Assembly: GCF_006345805.1 (NCBI RefSeq)
Contig: NC_043008.1
Location: forward strand, 30,504,001 to 30,568,000
DNA length: 64,000 nt
Direction of reading: 5' to 3'
DNA from: Octopus sinensis
Lineage: Eukaryota
In this document: one piece after another, positions 1 to 12,900 of the stretch
Layout: each line of letters opens with the position of its first letter
How positions within the stretch are numbered: position 1 is the first letter of the stretch
Made by a program: the position numbers and the translations under genes
The notes under the pieces: generated by a model
What the model was told of the DNA's origin: nothing
The model's input: the letters and a program-made list of their open reading frames with translations, nothing else
The model's database searches: none

Positions 1-349
1 CGCTTATCTTACATACTTCAAGATCTGAACAATTGCTATCGTGTGATATTAGAAAAGAAAACATACGGTTCCTACAGCACAAGCTCTCACAAACTCAACA
101 CTGGGCACATAAATGTATGAGACAATGGGTTGACCAGTTGCGGAACATAAACTTCGTTAAATAAGAAGCATAAATAATTTTGTATATATTTTAGTCAAAA
201 TTTTATCTAAATGTTAAACTAATCTCACAACAAAATGAAAATGATCGAGTGCACAAATCTTTTCTACACTCCGAGAAACACTGCTCCCAATATAAACCTC
301 AGGAAACACGAATGGCCGCTTGATGCTGCATAAGAAATGCTTATGAAAC

Positions 350-647
350 TAACTGCGGTAGCGGTGGCGGTGGCGGTGGCGGTGGTGGTTGCGCTGGAGG
401 TGGCGGTGGTGGTGGTGGTTTTGGTGTGGTAGCGGTGGCGGTGGTTGTCGTTGTCGTCGTTGTTGTAGTCTTCGTTGTTGTAGTCTTCGTTGCGGATGGT
501 GATGGTGGTGATGCTGTTGATGATTAAGATAATGGTGATCATGGGAATGAGGAAGTTGGTGAGAAGAAGAAGTAGAAGAAGAAGAAGAAGAAGAAGAAGC
601 AGAAGAAGAAGAAGAAGAAGAAGAAGAAGAAGAAGAAGAAGAAGAAG

Positions 648-678
<31 letters not shown>

Positions 679-680
679 CT
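350..680. repeat. (GGT/GTT)n low-complexity tract followed by (GAA)n microsatellite
   Basis: Direct reading; explains the poly-L and poly-R ORFs 264..821 and 490..684. Confidence 0.95.
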
Positions 681-719
681 ATAACAAAGCAAGAAGAAAC
701 AATTACAGCCAGGTTTTAC

Positions 720-1265
720 TGAGGTATTTAGAGATATTTTAGAAAGATATGACAAGATGAAAACATTCAGACGAATAACCAACACAGTTGCAATTGTCAT
801 GTCGAGAGTAATGGAGGACACCCTGAAGAAATAGTAAATGAATTCGTTTCCACATCCATAATAACTATGTAGATAAAAGCAATTGAAAGGAAGTTCTGGA
901 GATAGATAAGAGTCTTACCAATACGTAGTAAACTAGACAGAGAAGATTGAAATATTAGAAACAAGAGGGGAAAAGAATAAGTTTTAGGAATAGACGCACG
1001 ATATTATATCAAACAAGAAAGGAAATTACTAAGAGAACAGAGAGATTTACAACGATATATTTTAACAAAGCTACAATTTATCAAATGGATTAAAAACTGT
1101 GAACGTCTCTTTAATATGCTAGATGAAAGAAACCTTACAAGAATCTACTGAATATTAAATAAAATAACCACAACAATAAATGGAATAAACGAATCAGCCA
1201 CCAGATTAAGAGACAAAGAAAAACTGAGGAAGTTTATGAAAGAATACCTTTAGTATAATTCAAAA
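720..1265 (+). mobile_element. Degenerate LINE ORF2 C-terminal fragment
   Basis: Stop-interrupted frame IKAIERKFWR..RLFNMLDER..KEKLRKFMKEYL followed by an A-rich end, resembling LINE RT C-termini. Clade uncertain. Confidence 0.35.
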
Positions 1266-1485
1266 TAAAACATTAGATTACAGAAAATCCTAGCATTACA
1301 AATCGAACTTTGTTATTTATATGCGTGTGTATATATATATACACACACACATACGCGCACACACGCATACACACACATCCTGGATGTATATATATATATA
1401 TATATAATATACATATATGCATACACATATTATGAATGCATGAATGTATATACATGTATATACACACACACATATTATGCATGTA

Positions 1486-1793
1486 TGTATAGTTGTGTCA
1501 GAACATAGAATACTGATTTATTTATCATGTGAGAACCTATGTTTATACTCGTGTTAATATCGTTGACGGAAGATAACCGTTAGCTATGGACTGCCAGAAC
1601 ACGTGATTTAGCATGTCTTTCTATTTGTCAATGACAGACGTCCAGAGCAGACATAGCAGCCAATTTCCCCGCGAATCGGGATGTGAAATATCAGCGTCTA
1701 TTCACGTACTGGTAAAGTGATATAACACAGGTCCAAATAAGAAGTCCTCTCGTGACACATAGCACACTAATACGTGTTCTAACACAACATACA
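1486..1793. mobile_element. Short element with ~20-bp terminal inverted repeats (MITE or solo LTR)
   Basis: Left end tgtatagttgtgtcagaaca and right end tgttctaacacaacataca are near reverse complements, with inner TGT...ACA termini. Confidence 0.45.
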
Positions 1794-1794
1794 C

Positions 1795-1864
<70 letters not shown>

Positions 1865-1873
1865 ATACGTATA

Positions 1874-2195
1874 GGTGCAGGCGTGATAGTGTGGTAAGAT
1901 ACTTGCTTTCCAATCGCATGGTTGACGGTTCAATCTTGTAGCGTCGACCAAAATTTTGTTAGTGGATCTGGTTGACAGAATAAACTGTGTGAGTGTCTTT
2001 GAGTTTGTGCTTTTCCCCCATCACCGGTTTTGCTATGTTTACGTCACCGTAACCTACCAGTTCGGCAGAATGGCCCGATAGAATAAGTACTTGATTTTAC
2101 AAAATAAATCCTGAAGTCGACTTCTTCGACTAAAAATTCTTCAGGTTGTTGCTTCAGCATGGCTGCTGTCATATGACTGAAACAAACAAAAGAAT
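1874..2195 (+). mobile_element. SINE family A, degenerate and internally deleted copy
   Basis: gtgtggtaaga..cttgct head and gatagaataagtac..gtcgac..cgact..cagcatggc..tgactgaaac tail shared with other copies in the window. Confidence 0.75.
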
Positions 2196-2644
2196 AACAC
2201 ACACCACACACACACAAACACACTCACAAACATACACACGCACCTATTTGCCCATGTATGTCAGCGTGCTTGTATATGTTTACTCTGGAAATAATTTGAT
2301 CGTCTATTATGAATTCTTCGATTGGACTATCTGTGCCATAAAAGTAGTGCAGAACCTTTTTGTTTTTGTAGATGGCATTCATTTAGAAGAACTACGACCG
2401 CCAGCGACGGAACATGTACATGCTTATTACATGGTCATTTGCTACGTTAGATGCAGCAAAAAAAAACTTCGATATAATGATAAAAGGAATAATCCGTGAT
2501 ACATATTCTGTTTCTCTGGTTTGCAAGATTCTTTATGTGAATTCGCGTGTTGAAACAAACTTCCATGTGTATAGGGAGAGTCATTATGCCAATATTATTA
2601 ACACATGCATGTGATGAATTCCATAAATTATGTATATATGCGTA

Positions 2645-2658
2645 TATAGATAGATAGG

Positions 2659-2739
<81 letters not shown>

Positions 2740-2740
2740 T
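2645..2740. repeat. (TAGA)n microsatellite
   Basis: Direct reading. Confidence 0.97.
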
Positions 2741-4708
2741 TACAATCACACACATAAAGAAGGACTACCGGCGGCGGAGTGATATATTGGTAATCGCCAA
2801 AGCCGGCAAAAGAACAATAATCAAAAGTTGCTAGAAGGTAGCGCATATGTTATTAATTAATTTGTAACAGAATCAGCCTCAAATAATCTACACAGGTTAG
2901 ATCGCACCTATACTCTGTTTCAATAATTTTCCACACACCAAAGTAACTGCAAATATACGAGAGGATTCAAATTATAATAACCTATGATTCGGTCGTTGAG
3001 CTTGATGGTAACATCACACTAAAAATGTAAGAAATCGAGAAATGTAACTGAATAAGTAGCAACTCAAGGAGTTAAAAAGAGGCCCTATGTACCATTGTCA
3101 AGACTACCACAATAAACCATCTTTTTTTAGACAGATATACAAGGCATCTGCGCTTTTAGAGGTTATAACTGCATCATTTACTGTCAAATTATACACATTA
3201 GTCTATATCGCCTAATCAAATTACCGAATTTTGCAAAAAGAATCACCTCGATATTTGTCCACAAATAGTATAAAATTATCGAAAGCAAGACAGAATATCT
3301 TAAACAACAACTGAATAACGTTAGCTGAAGAGAGAAAAAAGAGAAATAGTAAACGAAAACAAACGAAAATATTAGTTCATATTGTAAGCCACAACACAGA
3401 TAATAAAATAAGATAGTATAATTACAAATAAATTAAGGCGGTTAGTTACCTAGTGTGTACCAAAAAGAAAGAATACCTTGCATAAGAACAGAGCCCTTAT
3501 CTGACAGATTATTCGCAAACTAAGTTTGCACAGTAAAAACGTATATTGTCTAGACCAGTTATAGTCTGATTGTACATCATGATAAAAACATTTTCCCACC
3601 ATGTCTATTTAGTCTTGTTTTCTGAAATAGTGTATCTTGCATTGCATTGTTTAATCTGTGCTTTCTGGTTTTTAAACGGGAAGTGTGTGAGTCGATGATG
3701 ATATAGCTGATATTTCAAATAAGACAAAAACTGCATAGAAGATCACTCACACACTTGATGACGAGTACGAATTGAGTAATAACGAATGCAAATCAAGTAA
3801 GGTACAACACAACGTGGGGGACTCAACCGATGCCCCTAGAGTTAAAATGAGAGATAAAAGAGACTGATTCGGAAAATCTGCCTTGAAACAGACACAAGTT
3901 ATCGACGAAGACTAAAATGATTATTCTATTTAGAAGACTTACAAGTAAAGATGTTCAATAACTCCAAGAAACAAACGGAAGATTATTTCTACAGGTAAAA
4001 GCAAACATTTGAAGAATACGTCGTGTGCAAAGAATGAAAGAATTCAAACGCGAATGTTCCACGAAGATAAATATTTTTTTTACATTGAATTACATTACAA
4101 AAACATAAACTTAGTGATTTACTAGACATAGAGGAAGTACAAAAAAAACTTTTAGAAAATAATCAACAAAACTTTTTCATGGTAAAATCCACGATGAATG
4201 AATAAAACTGATAGCTGAAATTCAGAAAATCGAAAAGATCAACGAATAATAAATACAAAGATTTTAGAAAGCTGCAAACGAAGGGAGGAACCATGTATTA
4301 CCAAATATATTGGAAAGTCTGTCAGTGTTAGTGTATTGTCTTAAAGCGTCCTTGTCGCACTGAATAGGCATGAATTATCACGGCGGTTGTGAACAATTTT
4401 ATGCCAAAAGGAAGGGCAAACGTAATCTTAAATCAGAAAGAAATATTTGCAATCAGATATAGATATATATTTGCACTATAAATACAATATTAGATAAATA
4501 TATTTTCTCATTGCCTCAGCTCTCTCTCTCTTTTAGTGTAGAGATTGCGTAGTGACCATTTCCTATAGCGAGGCGATCACTACGCAATCGTTCATTCTGC
4601 TCGAAGAAAACACAAAAGAAACCAATTATCTTTCATATCACATTGTCATGCAAACGGCAAGGGGACATTGAATTATGTTATGCGAGATACTCTTAAGAAA
4701 TGAGATGA

Positions 4709-4903
4709 TCACATTCCAAATGCGCCTGATTGTATGTTCCTTTGATAAGTAATTTGATTGAGTCTAACAGCAATACTGCTGGATACAGATTTGATGAATT
4801 TCATTTCTGTTATGTCATGTAAAGGGTCAGTTAGTAGACGTAACTGAAATATGGTATACCATTTGTAGCCGTACGCAGCTTTACTTTTATTCGCCTGGAA
4901 GTC
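4709..4903 (-). CDS. Candidate terminal exon, 64 aa, unidentified (DFQANKSKAAYGYKW...SGAFGM*)
   Basis: Unique non-repetitive sequence; acceptor attatctttcaag|GAC; open frame to TGA. No recognisable homology. Confidence 0.2.
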   Translation of the reverse strand, partial: DFQANKSKAAYGYKWYTIFQLRLLTDPLHDITEMKFIKSVSSSIAVRLNQITYQRNIQSGAFGM

Positions 4904-5274
4904 CTTGAAAGATAATAGACCCACAAGTAGAAACACAAGGTACGATAACTACATAATTTAAGTTAAAATATACAAATATAGGTACAAAATATACTAACCT
5001 ATCATAACATCACAGAAAGGACATTATGACATAAAGGTAACCAGTGCACTCTACATAGAATTTTCTTTCAACACAAACACAATTGCGGCCTCCCTGATGT
5101 GGTTCTGCAAGAAAACCTGCAACTAAACCGTCATTCTGTGGATATTTTCAAAATTTCTACTTGCCTAGCGACCACTTTATCTTTAAAGGATAGAATAGGA
5201 CATGAAACGTACCAATCAAAATTGTTTTAAATTCATTCATTCAACGCAATCTGTTTTAATACACACACATACAC

Positions 5275-5326
<52 letters not shown>

Positions 5327-5351
5327 ATATATTATATATATATATATATAT

Positions 5352-5688
5352 AGGCGCAGACGTGGCTGTGTTTTAAGAAGCTTGCTTCCAAACCACGTGG
5401 CTCCAGATTCAGTCCCACTGCGTGGCAACTTGAGCAAGTGTATTATGCTGTACCCTCGGGCCGATCAAAGCCTTCTGAGTGGATTTGTTAGACAGAAATT
5501 GAAAGAATCCTTATCGTATGTATATGTATATATAGAAAGAGTGATTTGTCTGTCTGTGTTTGTCCCCCCACCACCACCATCACTTGACAACTCATGCTGG
5601 TGTGTTTAAGTTTCCGCAGCTTCGGCGAAAGAGACCGATAGAATATGTATTAAGCTTACAAAGAATAAGTCCTGGGGGTCGATTCGAC

Positions 5689-5690
<2 letters not shown>
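5352..5690 (+). mobile_element. SINE family A
   Basis: ggcgtggctgtg..agaagcttgcttccaaaccac..gttcagtcccactgcgtggca head, internal TA/TG tract, gaataagtcctgggggtcgatt tail. Confidence 0.9.
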
Positions 5691-5742
<52 letters not shown>

Positions 5743-6105
5743 TATATATCGAGGATGTCATGGACAGTTGCTTGATAGTTTTGTTAGTTCTAGTTGCTAT
5801 ATATTTGTTGGTTTTTACTTCTGCTATTACTACTTCTCATCATTGGTGTTGCTTTTTGTCGTTATTCTCATGACTTTTAATAATACCTGACTTAAACAGC
5901 TAATTTTTTTATATAGATTTTACTAGGGTTTTTTCATAGTCGTCCTACTGCATTTGTTGATGTTCTTGTTTTGGCTGCTACACCTTTTTGGTTCTGGTAT
6001 TGGTGAAGGTAATAATCTACTACACATTAGTACCATAAATAGGAGCGGAATCAATATTCACGTATAAATGTTACACAAACATCGGTGCTATGTTGTTACT
6101 TTGTT

Positions 6106-6133
<28 letters not shown>

Positions 6134-6136
<3 letters not shown>

Positions 6137-6490
6137 TGGGACCACGGGCCATACATCCCCTGCCCAATTCAAGATCACAGCATACATGTTCACTGCAACA
6201 TAAGTTCTTTTCCTCAACAGGCTCTGCCCTATTTAACATTGTCCCGAAAGAGATCATAGAGGAAAAGGATCCCATCAACTTTAAACGGAGTCTGGATAGA
6301 TTCCTTCAAGGAATACCAGATAAGCCACCCATAATTGGATACAACTCACCCAACAAAAATTCACTACTTGAATGGACCATTAAAAAAACTTGACTCAAAC
6401 AGGATTCAAATAATCCTATCATGTGGTGCTATTAAGTTAGACATGGCCTGGATCAATCTTTGGTCGAAACATATCTAAGTTTTATCTAAG
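6134..6490 (+). mobile_element. CR1-group LINE 3' end inserted in (TA)n
   Basis: ORF 6085..6393 reads ..TGSALFNIVPKEI..FKRSLDRFLQGIPDKP..GY..NKNSLLEW, a typical CR1-like ORF2 terminus, followed by a 3' UTR and (TA)n. Confidence 0.75.
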
Positions 6491-6541
<51 letters not shown>

Positions 6542-6889
6542 TATATATATATTATATATATATATATATATAATATATATATATATATATACATATATAT
6601 TCTCAGAAACACTGTATTTAGTTAATTACGTCTCTCAAAGTCAGAACACAACAGAGCTGTGACCACAGGCCGCCTTTCCTGTGACTACCTCAGCAGGAAA
6701 TCATTTATATTTCTAATAGTTAAAGACAATGCCAAACAATTTCCTGATAATCTCTACTAATAAGCAAGAAAAATGTTGCAAAAATCTTTCACGAAGAAAA
6801 TTTGTTTACAAATTGATAACTTAAGGAGCTTCGGAGAACTGTCTAGAGTATAAGTAGAATGTGAGAGAACAACATTAAAGGCAACATAA

Positions 6890-6930
6890 TTATAATAATG
6901 ATGATGATAATAATAATAATAATAATAATG

Positions 6931-6973
<43 letters not shown>

Positions 6974-6994
6974 CAACAACAACAACAACAACTC

Positions 6995-7062
<68 letters not shown>

Positions 7063-7080
7063 TCAACAACATTAATAGGG
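6890..7080. repeat. (AAT/AAC)n microsatellite
   Basis: Direct reading. Confidence 0.97.
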
Positions 7081-7348
7081 ATAATAATTCTGTGTTATGT
7101 ATGGATTTAAAAAGATGTAAGATTTTTAAGTCTATTTGCATGAATGTTCTCTATGCGTTTCGGAAAACACAAAAATAGATAAGACTTGAGTTGTTAAAAA
7201 TGTTGAATTTAACATAGATTAAATATTTCTTTTATATAAATATAATCTTCTGATAGCCGGGAATATTTCATAAAAGGAATAATTCTCGTTCATTTCTCAG
7301 TGCAGAAGCACACACGCACATGCACTCACATACAATAACATATACGTA

Positions 7349-7382
<34 letters not shown>

Positions 7383-7535
7383 CATACACATACGTGCGCT
7401 TATATGCACGTCTATTCATGTATACAATATGCAATCCTACACACATGTTCTTAAACTTCTTAAATGTGTGTGTGTTTGTTAGTTTGTCTCGATGCCTAAG
7501 CATACACAAATATTTCTGTGTTCATATTTGCTTAT

Positions 7536-7606
<71 letters not shown>

Positions 7607-7925
7607 ATATATTTATAAATAAAAGTTGTTTATCAATATATGTATCTGTCTCAACGCACATGTACAATCACGTATGCGCGCCCATACATAGTAGATGTAT
7701 GGGTAATATATGATCAGTCATTTCAAATCTATTTCAAAGTTTTGCCCCCGTAACATAAACTTAATGATTAAATAAGAGATATATTGAGTGTTCAAATTAT
7801 TTACGAAATGAATTATAAAGTATGTCCGACTCTTCATATGCATTCTACATTAATGTCTCTCTCTCTCCCTCTCACCTTCTCTCTTTTATTCTCTTTCTTT
7901 TTCACCCTCACTCGGTCTCTCTCTT

Positions 7926-8009
<84 letters not shown>

Positions 8010-8201
8010 CACATATTTATAAATACTTATAAATGTATTTTATTTAAAAAGTTGCAACTGAGTAACAGTTTTTATGATGTCATTATAGCTTTATTAATAA
8101 TGCATATTTCTCTACCTCCGGTATTCGAGTACTATTCTTTTCCATCTTTTTTCCCATTAATGTGCATACTCTCGTAATGTGTGTGTGTCTCTAAGTTATA
8201 T

Positions 8202-8236
8202 GTTTTTGAAGAAGAGCGTTGCTCGAAACGTTAAAC
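8202..8236 (+). ncRNA. Minimal Penelope-type hammerhead motif, C3U core variant
   Basis: GUUU-[UUGAAGA]-A-GAGC(guu)GCUC-GAAA-CGUU-AAAC: stems I and II present, palindromic AACGUU stem III, first core C replaced by U. Confidence 0.5.
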
Positions 8237-8365
8237 CATCTTTCTTTCCTTCCTTGAACGTCTGCTAATACTTTACATGTACCACGCACTCACGTTGTTA
8301 TGTTTCTTTGTATTTGCTCTTCTTTTTTGGGGATTCGATATATATATATATATATATATATATGC

Positions 8366-8458
8366 AACAGGCTCCTTTCAGCTTCCGCCTACCAAATCAG
8401 CTAACAAGACTTTAATCGACATGAGATTTTAATAGAAGGCACTTGACAAACGTGCCGG
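8366..8458 (-). mobile_element. SINE family A fragment
   Basis: Reverse complement of the gtggatttggtagacggaaactgaaagaagccc segment. Confidence 0.6.
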
Positions 8459-8720
8459 AGCTTGGGTTTCAAGGGCCCACAACTTTTTAATATCATTCCA
8501 CAATGCCTGAGAGACCTGCATCGTGTAGATGTAGGTGTCTTCAAAATAAAACTGGATCTCCTCCTGTCAAGAAAGAACCTATTTAGCAGCAGGAATCACA
8601 TATGTGGGCAGTAGTACCATTCACCAAATAATACATATCAGAAAGGATTTCAAATAATGGTGTAGCAAAGCCAACGGTACTGCCCCAGCATGACCTCAGC
8701 TTTTGAGCAGACAGTGGTTA
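8459..8720 (+). mobile_element. CR1-group LINE 3' fragment
   Basis: Translates SLGFKGPQLFNIIPQCLRDLHRVDVGVFKIKLDLLLS, a CR1-like ORF2 terminus. Confidence 0.7.
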
Positions 8721-8850
8721 ACGAGGTTCATGAGGTCGTGTGTGTATGTTTGTGTGTGCGTGTGTGTTGAGCAAATGCCAGTTGACATCCGTGATACTGC
8801 ATCCACCAAACAGTTACGCCAATATTTTCCTTTTAATATTCAGACTTCAT

Positions 8851-9000
8851 AGGAGTGGCTGTGTGATAAGTGGCTTGCTTATGAACCACATAGTTCCGGG
8901 TTCAGTCTCACTGCTTGGCACCTTGGGCAAGTGTCTTCTACTATAGCCTCGGGCCGGCCAAATCCTTGTAAGTGGATTTGGTAGACGGAAACCCGTCGTA

Positions 9001-9068
<68 letters not shown>

Positions 9069-9303
9069 ATATGTATGTATAATATGTGTGTATATGTTTG
9101 TGTATCTGTGTTTGTCCTCCAACATCGCTTGATAACCGATGGTGGTGTGTTTACGTCCCCGTAACTTAGCGGTTCGGCAAAAAAGAGCGATATAATAAGT
9201 ACTAGGCTTTCAAAGAATAAGTCCTGGGAGCGATTTGCTCGACTAACAGGCGATGCTGCAGCATGGCCACAGTCAAATAACTGAAAAAACAAAAGAGTAA
9301 AGA
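8851..9303 (+). mobile_element. SINE family A, near full length
   Basis: Complete head, internal (TA)n(TG)n tract, tail cagcatggccacagtcaaataactgaaa. Confidence 0.92.
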
Positions 9304-9379
9304 GAGTATACCATTCTGTCATGTAGAAAAGATACCCAACTATTTAGTATGCAACCATTTAAAGATTTCTAGGAACACT

Positions 9380-9900
9380 CTGTTCTCTCCCAACAGTTAT
9401 GATTGTATAGGCTTATATGAGCGCGCTGAACTCAAGACAATTCCACTCATGAATTCCTGACTAACTCATTTCTTTTCTCTCGATCACCATCATTGCTTTC
9501 AGTTCCACACTGATCACTGCACCCAGTCGTTTCCCTCAGAATACTTGACCCTGTGGAATTCCGTCCTTTCGTGCAAGTTTTTGCTTGGTAATATTCTAGT
9601 GGGACATTAACGTTATAAATTTCGTTTGTAACTCTAAGTAAACCATGAGCATTGCCCCTTCTTCCATACAGAACTAGTAAAAGAAATTATCATGAGTAAT
9701 TATATCAACTGTTTTCATATCAATTCTTGTCTCAGATGCTTCACATGATAGTCCGTGCGATCGAATTCTACCGCATGTATATTTTCCGCTCTGTAAAACA
9801 ATGATTACCAAGCCACTTGAGAAATAGAATTAGCTAATGAAACACCAGCAACCTATAAATTGATTAAATTTCTGTAAACAGACATGGGTCATCTAATTAT
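9380..9900 (-). mobile_element. Possible highly degenerate RTE-like LINE 3' remnant
   Basis: Fragmentary LVLYG.. and RVKYSEG..W..SVELK peptides with many stops. Confidence 0.25.
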
Positions 9901-12900
9901 CACCACCAACAGATACCATGATATATTTCGTTCTCTTTTCCAATAATATTTATAGAAATATCTTTACAAGTGATTCAGAGGTATATGGTAATCATATTTC
10001 TTCACAGCTGTTGGTTTTATTATTTTCTCTTTTGTCTTTCTTTTCCATCTTTATAATGTACATTACTTTCCATACCAATTTTGTTTCTACTGCCGATCTA
10101 TTATGCCATTACCGTAGAATCTCACATATATAATATATTGTACCATTGTCTTTCAAGAAGATTATATAAAATCTTCATAAGTAAACATCGCATTTCTCGA
10201 ATGTGTTTTCATTCACCTCTTATCAACTTACATACAAAAAATATAGTTTTATAGTTATTACGTTATATTCATACACAGGAAACATCTTACTATTTGTGCT
10301 ATTATATTTAAATTTACATCAGACAATACGATAACATTCTAGAAGCATATTTTCCCTCTTGTTCAATAACAATAAAATAACATTTGTCGTTAAGTAGTTA
10401 TTATATGATCAATATTTTTTATCGTTTTGTTCGATGAATCGGGTGTAACTGTTACACACACACACACACATACACATATATATATATACATACATACATG
10501 CATACATACATACATACATAAATATATACAGCATTATCTATGTATGTAACACACACTTCACAGCATAAAACAATAAAGCCTACTATTGATTACATTATAA
10601 TAACCACTTAATGTCAATTTATATACGTATGTGCGTATTTATATTTGTATGTAAATATGAATTTGATAGTGGAAAGTAAAAATAAATCCTTAATGCATAT
10701 ATTTATTTACTTACTCGTCGGTAAAACCTCTTTGTTGCTGATTTTCTTCGTTCTTTTACAGCTCTTCAAGTCGATTGATAAGAGATTCGAGTCCAAGTTT
10801 CTCTATGGCAACAAAATTCGTTTATGTTTTCCTCTTACTGTCATTTGTTGGTTATTGGCTGAGTACGACACCTTCATACTGATATTAATGTCACAATTAG
10901 ATAGTGTTGTCAAGTGTTGTTTAGCAACATGTGGGAAGTCCAACACTTCTGCGGATGGAAATATTTCTTTATGATGTTGTTTAGTTGTTACAGTGTAGCA
11001 GCTTAAGAAAACTTAATGCTGTAATTTTGTCACCTTGTTTGGTATCAGATCAGCCCCAGTTGAGAAGACCTGTATCATCAAAAGCTTACGCACATGATCA
11101 TCTTGTCTTTTTCTCACGTATTGCCTATCTAATACTAAAATATCGATTTTTCCTCACTTTTTAAGATAGTAGGTGGTAATTTGAGGACAATTGGATAATT
11201 TGATAACTATTTGTAACCAGTTAAGTTATCGCTTAAGGTTCCTTCATTGACTCAAGTAATTAGAAGTTGTTACTTATAGTGAGTCAGAAGCTTTTGATTC
11301 TGCTATATGTAGAATACTCTTCTCTTCGTAAATGGAAAATGTATTTCTTCTATGTGAGGAGGGATCCGTGCTTCTTGATTGTTATTCAGAATTGCCAAAT
11401 GATATATATGAATTTAATGTTTCCTAGTAAGGCCATAAAAACACCATCCCGATCTTTTAGGCGTCTGGGTTCTGTTATCAGCCATGAACAAGCATTTTTC
11501 AATCCAACGTTTTTCAGATGTCATATATTAATATACTGCAGAACACCGAAATTGAATTTCTCTTATTGCTACTTCAGAAGAAAATTCTACATATAAACGT
11601 AATATAATTCCTTTTGATGCAACTCTTTCACGACTCTTTGTCTAACTGCACTCATACCTGACTGTAACATTGACCACTCAGTCAGGTGGATGCTTTGACA
11701 ACCACCTGATTATCCTACGTTATACACAGGAGACTATATACACATTTGATTTTCGTAATTATGATATACAAACAACTGAAGTGATCTTAGTACTAGATTG
11801 CGCAGGTTATGTGTAATTGCTTACTGCCATGGGGCAAATATATCAACAATATAAATATTATGTACTTACATGGAATTAATTTCATTTGGTTTTTAATTAC
11901 CAAGCGAGAAGATAAATAATTAGAAATCAAATTGAAATATAGTCTTAAATGATAGAAAATTTCTAATTTGATGAACTGTTTAATTAAATGTAAGAATAAG
12001 CTTTACTAAAGATATCAGTTGTATAGTTGGGAGTACCATATTCGAAAGAGTAACCTTCCTGAAGGCGTTTTCACTCTGATGCAATTACCTTTAAATCATA
12101 TTGATAATGCTATATGAGAATTGCATAAACAACACAACTTCAAATCTTTGTGCAATCTAAAAATATAACCCTTATTTCAAAATAATCAATAGAAAGGAGC
12201 GCTCCATTAAGCAAACTCGTATTTCCTGTTGAACCTCCTCGCTTACGAAAAGATTTTTAATTTTCTCAGTTGAAAATGAATTCAGTATCGTCACAATCTA
12301 TCGAGGATATGAGTCAGCAATTATCATTCAATACTTTATTGCAGCCGTTTGAATTTTATTATTTAAGTAATGTGCAGAAAGGCATCAAAGCCACATGGAC
12401 TATTCGCCTTAAATAAATACCTACAATTACGAACAAACAAGCAGGAAATTTCAAATTTAAGATGTTTAGCTTCATTTATTTCACCAGTGAGTAAAATGAA
12501 TACTACATCTCACTACAGCAACATATAATCTTATCAATTATCAATATTCCACAACTACATATTGCCACCGTGCGATATAATTATGACAAACATGGTTGGA
12601 TGAGCTTGTTGCCTCTAGTGAAATTGAATGTGTAGTGCATGAGCAAATCTGATAATTTATGTTACATAAAGATACCATCTGAAATAGATACAGCTGGTTG
12701 AATCTATAGCATATCAATATATAGCCACCTCACTATGGATAAGACATTTAACTCTCGTTGATTTGGTTTACCTTGCTGGATTTTCAAAGATCAACTGTGT
12801 GAGAGGCGGAAATACTGTATAATCAATGAGTGTCTTGTAAGCCTCACATGCTGTTATGTATTTATGCTGTATGCTATTCTATCTACTACTACTGGAGGAA

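Noticed and set aside
6640-6710. Hammerhead-like hairpin on the minus strand; similar relics near 25385-25415, 43450-43505, 48128-48165 and 54660-54710
   Set aside because: Core nucleotides (CUGA or GAAA) are mutated at several positions; too degenerate to call.
10805-10882. Signal-peptide-like MATKFVYVFLLLSFVGYWLSTTPSY*
   Set aside because: It stops after 25 codons with no good donor; hydrophobic runs arise readily in T-rich DNA.
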